From a virus (lineage: Duplodnaviria; Caudoviricetes), in IMG/VR virus record IMGVR_UViG_3300048576_000482, positions 1-59,017 of that record: a stretch of 59,017 bases of DNA, one strand, 5' to 3'. Position 1 is the first letter of the stretch. Every line of letters starts with the position of its first letter. A program made the translations under genes and the position numbers. This document shows, piece by piece, positions 47,529-56,045 of this stretch. The notes under the pieces were generated by a model that made no database searches, was not told the DNA's origin, and worked only from the letters and a program-made list of their open reading frames with translations.

Positions 47529-48408
47529 ATGAAAAATAAAATTTGTCTAAGCTTGGTTATGGTGTTATTGTTGATTTTTTTTGTCAGGTTGTTTTAGTGG
47601 TGGCCCCAAAAAAATAAATGGACTCAAATTAATTTCGTTCGCAGGAGGTGGAACGACAAGTATGACCGCAAAAACGATTACTCCCGGTACAATGCCGGAT
47701 ATTGACGGAAAAGAAGGTAAGTTTAACGCCAGCACTGAATATGATGTTAAAGAGGTTGGCGGTACTCCATTCCATAGAACCTTATATTTACGTCCAACGG
47801 ACTTGAACGGCACTCCCATTTCGGTCGGTCCTGGTGAATCGATTGCTTGGGATCATGATTTTGACGCTTCAGAAGTGCGAACAGTCCAAGAAAACATTAT
47901 CGAAATCACCACCAATGCCGTTGGAGTCCATAACGTAAGTGCGACTTATCAAGGCTACACCAGCGTAAATAAAGTAGTAGTAGTCCCAAGATTAGTCACT
48001 GGTGATCAGCGTTACTATGGGTGTGCGCTAAAAATTAGTGATTATGATGAGGCTTCGTCGTCTCCGGATATTACATTTAACTATTCTAATTTTGGCGATA
48101 AATCATATACGCTGGACGCCCCTAATGGGTTGGCGGTACTCCAGATAACCGATGCTACATATCTGGATAGAGATGCTCGCCAAGCGTTTTGCGATTTAGC
48201 CTCTATTCCGGGTGATTTAAATGAATCAGATTATCAAACCAGTCTGATTATACCGGCGGATAAATCGGTGTTATGTATCGCCCGGGATGCCGCAGGAGGG
48301 CATGCAAAAATTTTATTCAGTCAGGGGCTAAATTGCTTTTATGCTGGATTGGACACATATATCGAGTATATTGGGGCAGGACAAACAGAGTTTGTATGTC
48401 ATTATTAA
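47529..48408 (+). pseudogene. Lipoprotein moron frameshifted in a T8 tract (phase-variable or sequencing error)
   Basis: ATG 47529 with AAGGGGGTG RBS; removing one T from 47575-47582 gives MKNKICLSLVMVLLLIFLSGC (lipobox), in frame with the 47581..48408 ORF. Confidence 0.75.
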
Positions 48409-48429
48409 GAGCCGTAAGGCTCTTTTTTT
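48407..48429 (+). terminator. Rho-independent terminator
   Basis: AAGAGCC-GTAA-GGCTCTT-TTTTT. Confidence 0.85.
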
Positions 48430-48466
48430 GTTACCGCTTGACTTTATAGTCATATTTTCGGTTTCT

Positions 48467-48519
48467 ACAGGACAAAACCTGTCCTTTTATTTGCCACGAT
48501 AGCCAATAAAATTAAAGTA
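48467..48519 (+). promoter_or_regulatory. Shared upstream element, copy 1
   Basis: ACAGGACAAAACCTGTCCTTTTATTTGCCACGATAGCCAATAAAATTAAAGTA; near-identical to 54878-54931. Confidence 0.8.
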
Positions 48520-48547
48520 TCGAGATAAAAGGGAGGTGTAAAATAAA

Positions 48548-49576
48548 ATGAATAAATTAGTGATTAAAGGTAATACCGTGATATGCGGCATGGAAGTACC
48601 CAAAATTTCCGGAGGATTTGGGCCGGGAAGACCGGTTATGTTAGCAAAGACGATTGCGGAACTGCATGAAATGCAATTAAAACATGTTAATGAAGCTATC
48701 AATGCAAACCGGAAACGATTTAAAGATGGAGTTGATGTTATTGATTTAAAAAACTCGATCACTTTAAGTGATCCACTTTCTAAAAACTCGGTCGACCAAA
48801 TCGACCCACTTCTTGTAGCTGGGATTTTATCTAAACAATCAATAGCCAACTCAGAAAATATCTACTTATGTTCCCAACGTGGCTACGCCAAACTTTTAAA
48901 GATATTCAACGACGATCTGGCATGGGAACGATATGATCAGATTATCAGCGAATATTTCGAAATGAAGGAAAGAAAGCCAAAACTTAAACCAATGGCACAG
49001 TTTAACCGGGAATTGAAATTGGCTAGCGAATTAGCGTTTCAGGCTTCCGACAACAAAACTAAGGCTAGAATATATCGTGCATTCGCGGACAGCCAAAACC
49101 TTGAGGCCAGTTTTATTAGTGTACTTGAAACTTTACCGGAAAATAATGACCGCCTTTTGCCCACCCCGGGTGGTCAAGTTAGTCAAGCAGTGATCACCCC
49201 AATCAATGATCCGGGGCTTAAAAAATTAAATTCTTTCTTGGAAGATGTACTTTCCTTAATTCGTTTCGGAGAAGTGGATCGTCGCTATATTCAGATTAAA
49301 ACATTAACTTCCGGTGAATTACGCGGAATGACTATGTTATTACTTTGGACGTGGGGAATATATGAAATATGGGCAGCAAAATACTTTCATGGAAATAGAA
49401 TTGACTATAAAGCTTACCATGATAACTTGATTGTTTGTCTTAAAAAACAGCCATATTATGGTGGATATATCGACAATAAAATTGCCTTTATCGATAAAGA
49501 ACGCCACCGGCCACATGCATTCTATCCTAAAAGGCTTGAAGGGGTTTTATTGGAGATTTTGAAGATGTTTGAATAA
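48548..49576 (+). CDS. ORF6N-domain (antirepressor-type) protein with primase-ATPase-like C-terminal domain
   Basis: GGFG...MLAKTIAELH..HVNEAINANRKRF.DGVDVIDLK...IYLCSQRGYAKLLKI; C-terminal part aligns with the end of 16547..19603. Confidence 0.8.
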   Translation: MNKLVIKGNTVICGMEVPKISGGFGPGRPVMLAKTIAELHEMQLKHVNEAINANRKRFKDGVDVIDLKNSITLSDPLSKNSVDQIDPLLVAGILSKQSIANSENIYLCSQRGYAKLLKIFNDDLAWERYDQIISEYFEMKERKPKLKPMAQFNRELKLASELAFQASDNKTKARIYRAFADSQNLEASFISVLETLPENNDRLLPTPGGQVSQAVITPINDPGLKKLNSFLEDVLSLIRFGEVDRRYIQIKTLTSGELRGMTMLLLWTWGIYEIWAAKYFHGNRIDYKAYHDNLIVCLKKQPYYGGYIDNKIAFIDKERHRPHAFYPKRLEGVLLEILKMFE

Positions 49577-49612
49577 CTTAACTTGACTTTTGATTAATAT
49601 AAAACTTAAGGA

Positions 49613-49885
49613 GTGATATCAACGAACGGCAAAGTAATTATTGATGGATACGCAAATGGAGATATATGGATGCACGGAGGAAAGCCCGATTCGAAAGCCA
49701 TAATTAATTTAGCCGTATCAAGTACAGCGTGGGATAATGATGTTAATAATAACAGTGAGAATATAAAGTCGATACTCTTGCAAATGGTTGATTTTCTTGA
49801 TAAATCCATTGAAGATGAAAAACAAAGCAAAAGATCGCAAACAATTAAAAAAAGAAAATTTGGGGTAATTATTCCAATAAAATAA
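49613..49885 (+). CDS. Hypothetical protein
   Basis: Open frame of 90 aa; start uncertain. Confidence 0.4.
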   Translation: MISTNGKVIIDGYANGDIWMHGGKPDSKAIINLAVSSTAWDNDVNNNSENIKSILLQMVDFLDKSIEDEKQSKRSQTIKKRKFGVIIPIK

Positions 49886-50049
49886 TTTTGTTCATTCTTA
49901 TCGTCTTTGGGCGGTATTTTTATCTCCAGCGTAGAGCCGGACCTGTTTGCACCAGGTTTCCCGGCTCTTTTTTCAACCTCTTGAGCGAGCAAGAGGTGAT
50001 ATCTTAATCGGTAGATATCGCCTTTTAGTTTATATAAATATAAAGGCGG

Positions 50050-50301
50050 GTGGTTAGTTTGTTGAAGGAAATTTTAGAATTAGTTGGCCTTATCGGGGGT
50101 GCGCTTACAGTATTAGTGGGTCTTTATAAATGCATCAGAACCCTCGAAGAAATGAAGAAATCCGGGCAGGAACGAAAAGAGGAAAATAAACTTTTAATCC
50201 ATGGAGTATTGGCGGCTTTGGACGGATTGCAACAGCTTGGCGCTAATGGCAATGTCACGAAGGCAAAAGAAAACTTAAAGAATTTTATCATTGATAATTG
50301 A
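50050..50301 (+). CDS. Holin-like membrane protein
   Basis: N-terminal TM plus coiled coil, upstream of the lysin. Confidence 0.55.
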   Translation: MVSLLKEILELVGLIGGALTVLVGLYKCIRTLEEMKKSGQERKEENKLLIHGVLAALDGLQQLGANGNVTKAKENLKNFIIDN

Positions 50302-50397
50302 GGTGTTAATCATGAAACTATTGGCTATTTTATTCGGTGATTTGATAATGCAGCTGTGCCAACGGATTATCAACTTTTTTATGGGCGGTGACAAACA

Positions 50398-50997
50398 TTG
50401 AAACCAATACAGTTAACCGATCTTATTGCCGCCATGGAGCACAAAAATTACCGAGTTTTCGAAAGTAATCACAAACCCTACAATTTGAACCTCGTCGGTA
50501 TCCGGGCCGCTGACCCGACGCCCAATGTTTTCAATGATCAGCTTTGGGTGTTTTGGCGAAATAAACAAAGCAATCCAGCTTGGGATATTAATATTTATCG
50601 CATCACAACCGACCCCGGTCTGTATTGGCTTTTTAATCCGATGAATCCAAAGGGAACGGGGATATTAAAGCCCGGTCAGTATCCGGGATTGTGGCAAATT
50701 GGATTTCATAACGGAAAATATGAAGCGCTTGTCCAGGCCAAACCTTGTACCTTAATCAGGGATTACAACCGGGACGATAAGGTCGATTATTACTCCGGCC
50801 GGGAGGAAACCGGGCTTTTTGGGGTTAACCTGCATCATGCCGGGGAAAATTCGGTGACGGTGGATAAATGGTCTGCCGGGTGCCAGGTGTTTGCTGGAAT
50901 AAGGGAGTTTAATGAATTTATGGATCTGGCGCGCAAAGCCCGGGACTTTTGGGGAAATTCATTTACCTATACGCTGATGGAGGAGGATGAAATATAA
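50398..50997 (+). CDS. Putative endolysin with YkuD/L,D-transpeptidase-like catalytic motif
   Basis: GVNLHHAG...WSAGCQV (H...SxGC); located between two membrane-protein genes. Confidence 0.65.
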   Translation: MKPIQLTDLIAAMEHKNYRVFESNHKPYNLNLVGIRAADPTPNVFNDQLWVFWRNKQSNPAWDINIYRITTDPGLYWLFNPMNPKGTGILKPGQYPGLWQIGFHNGKYEALVQAKPCTLIRDYNRDDKVDYYSGREETGLFGVNLHHAGENSVTVDKWSAGCQVFAGIREFNEFMDLARKARDFWGNSFTYTLMEEDEI

Positions 50998-51003
50998 AAC
51001 CCC

Positions 51004-51165
51004 TCATTTTGGAGGGGTTTCTTTGTTTAGTTCCTCGCGGAGCCTGGCCGCGAGGATCACGGTATCGATTATCCGGGAGATAGATTCGCCGGTTTCGGCT
51101 GATTTGTTTTTCAGCCACTCGGCGTTATCCTTGCTTAAGTAAATGTCTTTTCGAATTCCGGCCAT
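51004..51165 (-). CDS. Ribbon-helix-helix (CopG-like) protein, 53 aa, not in ORF track
   Basis: MAGIRKDIYLSKDNAEWLKNKSAETGESISRII; GAGGTG RBS. Confidence 0.75.
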   Translation of the reverse strand: MAGIRKDIYLSKDNAEWLKNKSAETGESISRIIDTVILAARLREELNKETPPK

Positions 51166-51175
51166 TTTTAGCACC

Positions 51176-51424
51176 TCACCCATTATTTTTTAAAACTCTT
51201 AACTGATCAGAATACTCACCGAATTTATCAGTTAGGTACTGTACCTGAGCTTTAACGCATCCCATTTCAAATTGTAGTTCTTGGTATCTGGGGTTTCCGG
51301 TTCCGATCTTGATTTCTAAAAATTCATCTTCAAGTTTTTCATACTGCTCATTTAAAGTTTTAATTTTTGAGTTAATGTAATTCATTGCGTTTATAGCTCT
51401 TTCGGTGATTTGTTCGTTTAACAT
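51176..51424 (-). CDS. Hypothetical coiled-coil protein
   Basis: AAGGAG RBS; own promoter. Confidence 0.7.
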   Translation of the reverse strand: MLNEQITERAINAMNYINSKIKTLNEQYEKLEDEFLEIKIGTGNPRYQELQFEMGCVKAQVQYLTDKFGEYSDQLRVLKNNG

Positions 51425-51461
51425 TTTAATCGACTCCTTTGTTTATTTATCTTATATTTTT

Positions 51462-51501
51462 ATTATACACCATTTTAACGTATACGTCAATATGACGTAT
51501 A
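51462..51501 (-). promoter_or_regulatory. sigmaA promoter overlapped by a perfect palindrome
   Basis: TTGACG-17-TATAAT on the - strand; TATACGTCA-ATA-TGACGTATA at 51481-51501. Confidence 0.8.
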
Positions 51502-51534
51502 GATATTTTTAAAATAATTTTGGAGGTGTGGTCA

Positions 51535-51837
51535 ATGACTAATTTCACAATCTCTCCGCTCGACGGTGGAACTGTAGCGATTTTGATTTTTATTATCCAA
51601 GTATTAAAAAAGCACGTCATGCCCAGGTGGATTCCGGTACTACCTTTCCTGGTTGGTTGGGTTCTGGCGGTCCCGGTTGTGTTTGTAACCAAAGGGGCCG
51701 GACTTGCGGTCCCGGTTTTTGTTTCGGCTGTTTTTTTGGAAGGGCTGAAGATGGCCGTTTTGTCGATGGCTACATATAAAATCGGCTTTACCACGATCGC
51801 CGGAAAGGATACACAACGAAATGATAAAAAAGTTTAA
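51535..51837 (+). CDS. Holin
   Basis: Three hydrophobic segments, IQVLKK...RWIPVLP, basic C-terminus. Confidence 0.7.
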   Translation: MTNFTISPLDGGTVAILIFIIQVLKKHVMPRWIPVLPFLVGWVLAVPVVFVTKGAGLAVPVFVSAVFLEGLKMAVLSMATYKIGFTTIAGKDTQRNDKKV

Positions 51838-51967
51838 ATGGTTTTTGATCGCTTATGGACTGGGGATTATAACTGGTATCTGGTTAACGGTCAGGGTGTA
51901 TCATTTTTGGCCGTTTCTGTTTAAGTTGATAGCAAGATAATACTGGCTTTATTTGGTTCTGAAATTT

Positions 51968-52000
51968 AAAAGCCTACGGGTTATCCCGTGGGCTTTTTTT
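51968..52000 (+). terminator. Rho-independent (bidirectional) terminator
   Basis: AAAAGCCTACGGG-TTAT-CCCGTGGGCTTTTTTT. Confidence 0.8.
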
Positions 52001-52122
52001 AATTTTTATATACCATATCCTGTATCTTGTCAAGAATAATGTCGTATTATATAATCTATCCAATCTCCCTGGTTATCGGCCAGGGGCTTTTTGCTTATTT
52101 ATCGGCTTATTCTTGATTCCTT

Positions 52123-52413
52123 TTAACTCACCTTTTTAACTACCCCACCCAGCACCCGATCACATTTCGGGCATCGGTCAACAGAGTTCCCATTGTTGTC
52201 GTAAAATATCGATTCCGGGATGCACCGCAGCTTCCCCACCACCAGGGTATAACCGCATAAACAGTGATAGATTTTCCCGGGCTCAGATTGCCCAGAGTTA
52301 TCCCGGGAACCTTTGGCCGTTGGGGTAAGTTGCCGATTAATGTATTCCTGGAATTCGAGTTCATCCGGGGAGATGGATTGAATTATTTCGGCAGTATAAC
52401 GATTAGTTGGCAT
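52123..52413 (-). CDS. Zn-ribbon hypothetical protein
   Basis: CLCG...CPKC; AAGGAG RBS. Confidence 0.55.
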   Translation of the reverse strand: MPTNRYTAEIIQSISPDELEFQEYINRQLTPTAKGSRDNSGQSEPGKIYHCLCGYTLVVGKLRCIPESIFYDNNGNSVDRCPKCDRVLGGVVKKVS

Positions 52414-52514
52414 TATAATTCACGCTCCTTAAATTTTAATCTTCCTTGGTCCCCTTCTTAGGGCCGGGAGGGTGGCGAACCTCCCGCGCACGATTTTTAC
52501 GCCGGCCAAGGTGG

Positions 52515-52751
52515 TTACTGTGGGAAATGCTTCCCCACTTCCAACGCTGCCAACATTTCTTCCATTTTTAGAGTCCTTATTTGCCGCGGTGTATCATCCC
52601 AATTATCAAGCAGGGAGGCAAATTCACCGGCGACGATTTGAAAGGCTTCCTTTTGAGTCATTTCAGTTTGGACGGGTTTTGGTTGGTCACTGGTAATACC
52701 TGCAAATTCTCTTATTATTGTTGCGGCTTCCGTGTGAGTATTGGTTGTCAT
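52515..52751 (-). CDS. Hypothetical protein
   Basis: AAGGAG RBS. Confidence 0.6.
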   Translation of the reverse strand: MTTNTHTEAATIIREFAGITSDQPKPVQTEMTQKEAFQIVAGEFASLLDNWDDTPRQIRTLKMEEMLAALEVGKHFPQ

Positions 52752-52870
52752 GGTCTACACGCTCCTTGTAAAATTATTTTTAGGGTGTCGGTTCCCCCTA
52801 TCCCGGATATCTCGGCTACTATGCCGCAGTGTCGAGATGCCCTGGAAAGAGGGACCGGCGGGGAGCCGGG

Positions 52871-53143
52871 TTATTTTAATGACCTTTCTGTAATGATAAC
52901 TAAATTTCTCACCGGGTAAAGAATGAATCTTTTAACCCATTCCGGATAAATGTTACGAGCTAATTTTTGATTAAGATAAATATTAAGCATTGCCGTTTGA
53001 TGTCTGAGCCATTTCTTAAAATCGATTCTGCCGTGCTGGCAAATCGGACATTGGTCACCGTAAGCATAGACTTCATCTTCGTAATAACCGTCTTTGTCTA
53101 TAATTGGAATAAGACCGATCCCATTGCAATTCCAACATTTCAT
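52871..53143 (-). CDS. Hypothetical protein with CxxCxG motifs
   Basis: CWNCNGIG...CPICQHG; AAAGGAAG RBS. Confidence 0.55.
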   Translation of the reverse strand: MKCWNCNGIGLIPIIDKDGYYEDEVYAYGDQCPICQHGRIDFKKWLRHQTAMLNIYLNQKLARNIYPEWVKRFILYPVRNLVIITERSLK

Positions 53144-53177
53144 GGGTGACACTTCCTTTCTCAATTTACCATCGTAT

Positions 53178-53978
53178 TTACCAAGTATGTTGCCGGGTTG
53201 CTTTAATCGTCCCGTCCGGCATGGCCCATTCGTAAACCATATCTATACTGCATTCCTCGTTGGGGTCATTGCATTCATCCGAATATTTCCGGAGTAAAAC
53301 TTTTTCGCCGGTAGTTTTAGCCTGTTCAAACTTAGCCGCGAGTTCCGCTTCAGCGGCCTTTTCCGCTTCTGCCTTTTTCTGTTCGGCCGCTTCCTTGGCC
53401 TCTTTCAATTCCTGCAATCTTACCCGGTCAATCGACGCGATACACTTTTCCGCAAAAGGCGCCATTGCTCCGGGATATGTAGCGGAAGCCCAACCGATTA
53501 TATTGACATCCTGCCAGTTTAATTTAAATCCATCAACAAAATAATCTAAAATTGGATATCCGTCCGAGTCACCAGCCTTGACGACTGTTACTTCTACATG
53601 GTCCGTGGGGATGCTATTTTGAAGCTCAATTGTTTTTGTTTTCATAGCTTCCAGTAACGGCTTTTCAATGGCTTCCTGTTCCGCACGCTTGGCGGCTCTT
53701 TTGGTTTCCCGTTTAGTTTCTTCTTCGGCTTCAAGGGCGTTGTATTGCTCCACCAGGGCGGCTAAATCCGGTTTGTTCTCATATTTAACGTTAATTCCTT
53801 TGCCTTGATAGGTCTCCTGAAAATGGACCACTTTTGTTCCGTTTATGACTGTCGGTTTTCCACCGGTCAATTGTTTACCGGCTATTACTCCGCAATCAGG
53901 AGACGCTACCCAACTGATACTATGAATATAAATGTCCATATCGGGGTGAATTTTCTTGGATACCACTTCGCTTGCCAT
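53178..53978 (-). CDS. Hypothetical protein
   Basis: GAGGAGG RBS; C-terminal CNDPNEECS.D...PDG....RQHTW. Confidence 0.75.
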   Translation of the reverse strand: MASEVVSKKIHPDMDIYIHSISWVASPDCGVIAGKQLTGGKPTVINGTKVVHFQETYQGKGINVKYENKPDLAALVEQYNALEAEEETKRETKRAAKRAEQEAIEKPLLEAMKTKTIELQNSIPTDHVEVTVVKAGDSDGYPILDYFVDGFKLNWQDVNIIGWASATYPGAMAPFAEKCIASIDRVRLQELKEAKEAAEQKKAEAEKAAEAELAAKFEQAKTTGEKVLLRKYSDECNDPNEECSIDMVYEWAMPDGTIKATRQHTW

Positions 53979-54011
53979 TTCTATCTCCTCCTCAAATTTA
54001 TCCTATAATTC

Positions 54012-54099
54012 ATTATAGCATGATTTAAAACATTTTGCAACATATTAAAACGATATAATTTAAAATCTAATTGACTGCAACAATTTAAGATTGTATACT
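54012..54099. promoter_or_regulatory. Divergent sigmaA promoters
   Basis: - strand TTGCAA-17-TATAAT (54040-54012, extended TG); + strand TTGACT-17-TATACT (54071-54099). Confidence 0.75.
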
Positions 54100-54122
54100 A
54101 TACCTAGATAGGAGGTATTAAC

Positions 54123-54290
54123 ATGGACTATTTAACATTAGAGGAATTATTGAAAGAGTTGAATATCAGGGCGGACAGAACAACCGCGTGGCGTTGGCGC
54201 AAAGAGGGAATGCCACATATCAAAATTGGAAACCAGATCCGATACAACAAAGAAGAAGTATTAGAGTGGTTAAAGAATAAAAATAAATAA
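54123..54290 (+). CDS. Excisionase/MerR-like HTH protein, 55 aa, not in ORF track
   Basis: MDYLTLEELLKEL...TTAWRWRKEGMPHIKIGNQIRYNKEEVLEWL; AGGAGG RBS. Confidence 0.8.
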   Translation: MDYLTLEELLKELNIRADRTTAWRWRKEGMPHIKIGNQIRYNKEEVLEWLKNKNK

Positions 54291-54293
54291 GGA

Positions 54294-54833
54294 GTGATTG
54301 CCTTGTACCAATCCCTTGAAGTCGGCAAACTATTCCGCCCCGATGTGTATAGTTACCCGGAGCAAGTTCAATTTGAATTCGAACAAAGCGGACCATCCCT
54401 CTATATATATTTCAGTCAGCCAACCATCAAAGAGATCGAGGCCGTCCGTTCTGGTAAATTTAAAATCGGTTTTTATGAAACAGAAAGTATCATATTCATC
54501 CTAGTTAAATTCGAGGGCATGAACTGGATCGATGCCCCATATACGGTCCATTTGTCGCCGCCATTTGAATTTATGGAGGAGCTGGATAGTTCGCCGATGC
54601 TTGGGTTTGGGTTGCAAATATTCCTTGTGGACGCAGCGACAGGGATTTTAAAGGTTATAAGGTATGTCGGATTAGGACATGATTTCTCAGTTCGGCTCCG
54701 GGATGGAATTTTAAGACAAAAAGGAATACCCTTTGATAAAGGTACTTATGGATTTCGATTAAACGAAATATACCGTAGATACAGCACAGATCAATTAGTT
54801 GATTATGCAAAATGGTTCTTTAAGATAGAGTAG
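54294..54833 (+). CDS. Hypothetical protein
   Basis: 179-aa ORF co-transcribed with the Xis-like gene. Confidence 0.7.
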   Translation: MIALYQSLEVGKLFRPDVYSYPEQVQFEFEQSGPSLYIYFSQPTIKEIEAVRSGKFKIGFYETESIIFILVKFEGMNWIDAPYTVHLSPPFEFMEELDSSPMLGFGLQIFLVDAATGILKVIRYVGLGHDFSVRLRDGILRQKGIPFDKGTYGFRLNEIYRRYSTDQLVDYAKWFFKIE

Positions 54834-54877
54834 AGATAGACGATTGCGCGAAATTATAATTATAAGTAATTTACCGG

Positions 54878-54931
54878 ACAGGACAGAACCTGTCCTTTTT
54901 ATTTGCCCTGAAAGCCAATAAAATTAAAGTA
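54878..54931 (+). promoter_or_regulatory. Shared upstream element, copy 2
   Basis: ACAGGACAGAACCTGTCCTTTTTATTTGCCCTGAAAGCCAATAAAATTAAAGTA. Confidence 0.8.
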
Positions 54932-54980
54932 ATACTAAGTAATATTTAAAAAATCAACACTAAGAAAGGATGTTAACCGC

Positions 54981-56039
54981 ATGAAAACAAAAATCATTTC
55001 CAGCGACAACGGCCGGTCATTTAATAAATCTGGCTGCGCTTATCCGGGTATCAATGGTACACAATTCAAAACAAATGTTTTTCAGTCCGTCATGGCTCCA
55101 GCGGAATCCGGTTTCAATCTTACAGTAAAAATCGATCCAACCGACATCTGGATTGAATACCAGCGTGGCGGAGAATTTGGCCGCGGGGAATACCTTCCGG
55201 AGCACTATCTTGCCAACGGCTTGGCTATCCGGCAAAAACCAAAAAGCCTAATTAATGACCGGAATAGTGACAAAACCAATAAGCAAAATATTATTCAGAC
55301 CTTGATCGCCTGTTCCTTTTACGCCAAAACTGGCGATAACGTCATCCTGCTTACCAACATTCCGGCCGGCGATTATTCAGCCCAGCAGGGGAAACTAGGC
55401 GCCGCGCTCCGGGGCGTCCACAAAATTGTCCATAAAGCCGGGGACATGAAGGGCGTCGCTACGGAATTCAATATCGAAAAATGTTACGAATTCCCCGAGT
55501 GTGAAACGGCTTATTATGGCGCTGCTTATGATTTAGATCTGAATCTGGTTAATCCGGATATATGGAACTATCCCACGTTGATTTTAGACATCGGGGATGA
55601 GACGACAAACTATGTCGCAATGAATCCCCAGGGTGATCCGGTGGACGGTGAGTCCGGCACAATCCCTCATGGGATGAGCGAGGTATATTCGGATGTGTGC
55701 GCCTGGGCGACTAAAAAAGGTGCAGATATAAGTATCTCGGAACTAACCAGGATGATCATCTTCGGAGGTACTTTGTTTGCCGGTAAAGAGCAATTAAATT
55801 ATCGTACGGAATATCTGCGACGGCTCAGCGAGTTCGATTATACAATTTATAGCAAGTTAAATTCGCTGGTAAGCTTAAAACGATACCGGACTTTGTTACC
55901 AGTAGGCGGGAGCTTGCCACACACCGGCGACATGATTAAAAAACGATATCACTTCATGAACATTCCGGAAAAGACGGCCGGGGCTCAGATGTTAAATTGC
56001 TACGGGCAGTATATTGCGTATATGCTGGCGCAGGAGTGA
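54981..56039 (+). CDS. parM: ParM/StbA/Alp-family actin-like ATPase
   Basis: Phosphate 1 SDNGRSFNK; connect 1 FPECETA; phosphate 2 LDIGDETTN; adenosine VGGS; connect 2 AQMLNCYG. Confidence 0.85.
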   Translation: MKTKIISSDNGRSFNKSGCAYPGINGTQFKTNVFQSVMAPAESGFNLTVKIDPTDIWIEYQRGGEFGRGEYLPEHYLANGLAIRQKPKSLINDRNSDKTNKQNIIQTLIACSFYAKTGDNVILLTNIPAGDYSAQQGKLGAALRGVHKIVHKAGDMKGVATEFNIEKCYEFPECETAYYGAAYDLDLNLVNPDIWNYPTLILDIGDETTNYVAMNPQGDPVDGESGTIPHGMSEVYSDVCAWATKKGADISISELTRMIIFGGTLFAGKEQLNYRTEYLRRLSEFDYTIYSKLNSLVSLKRYRTLLPVGGSLPHTGDMIKKRYHFMNIPEKTAGAQMLNCYGQYIAYMLAQE

Positions 56040-56045
56040 TATTCT

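Noticed and set aside
43579-49600. Diversity-generating retroelement targeting the tail fibre
   Set aside because: No reverse transcriptase ORF in the window and no TR/VR pair differing at adenines was seen
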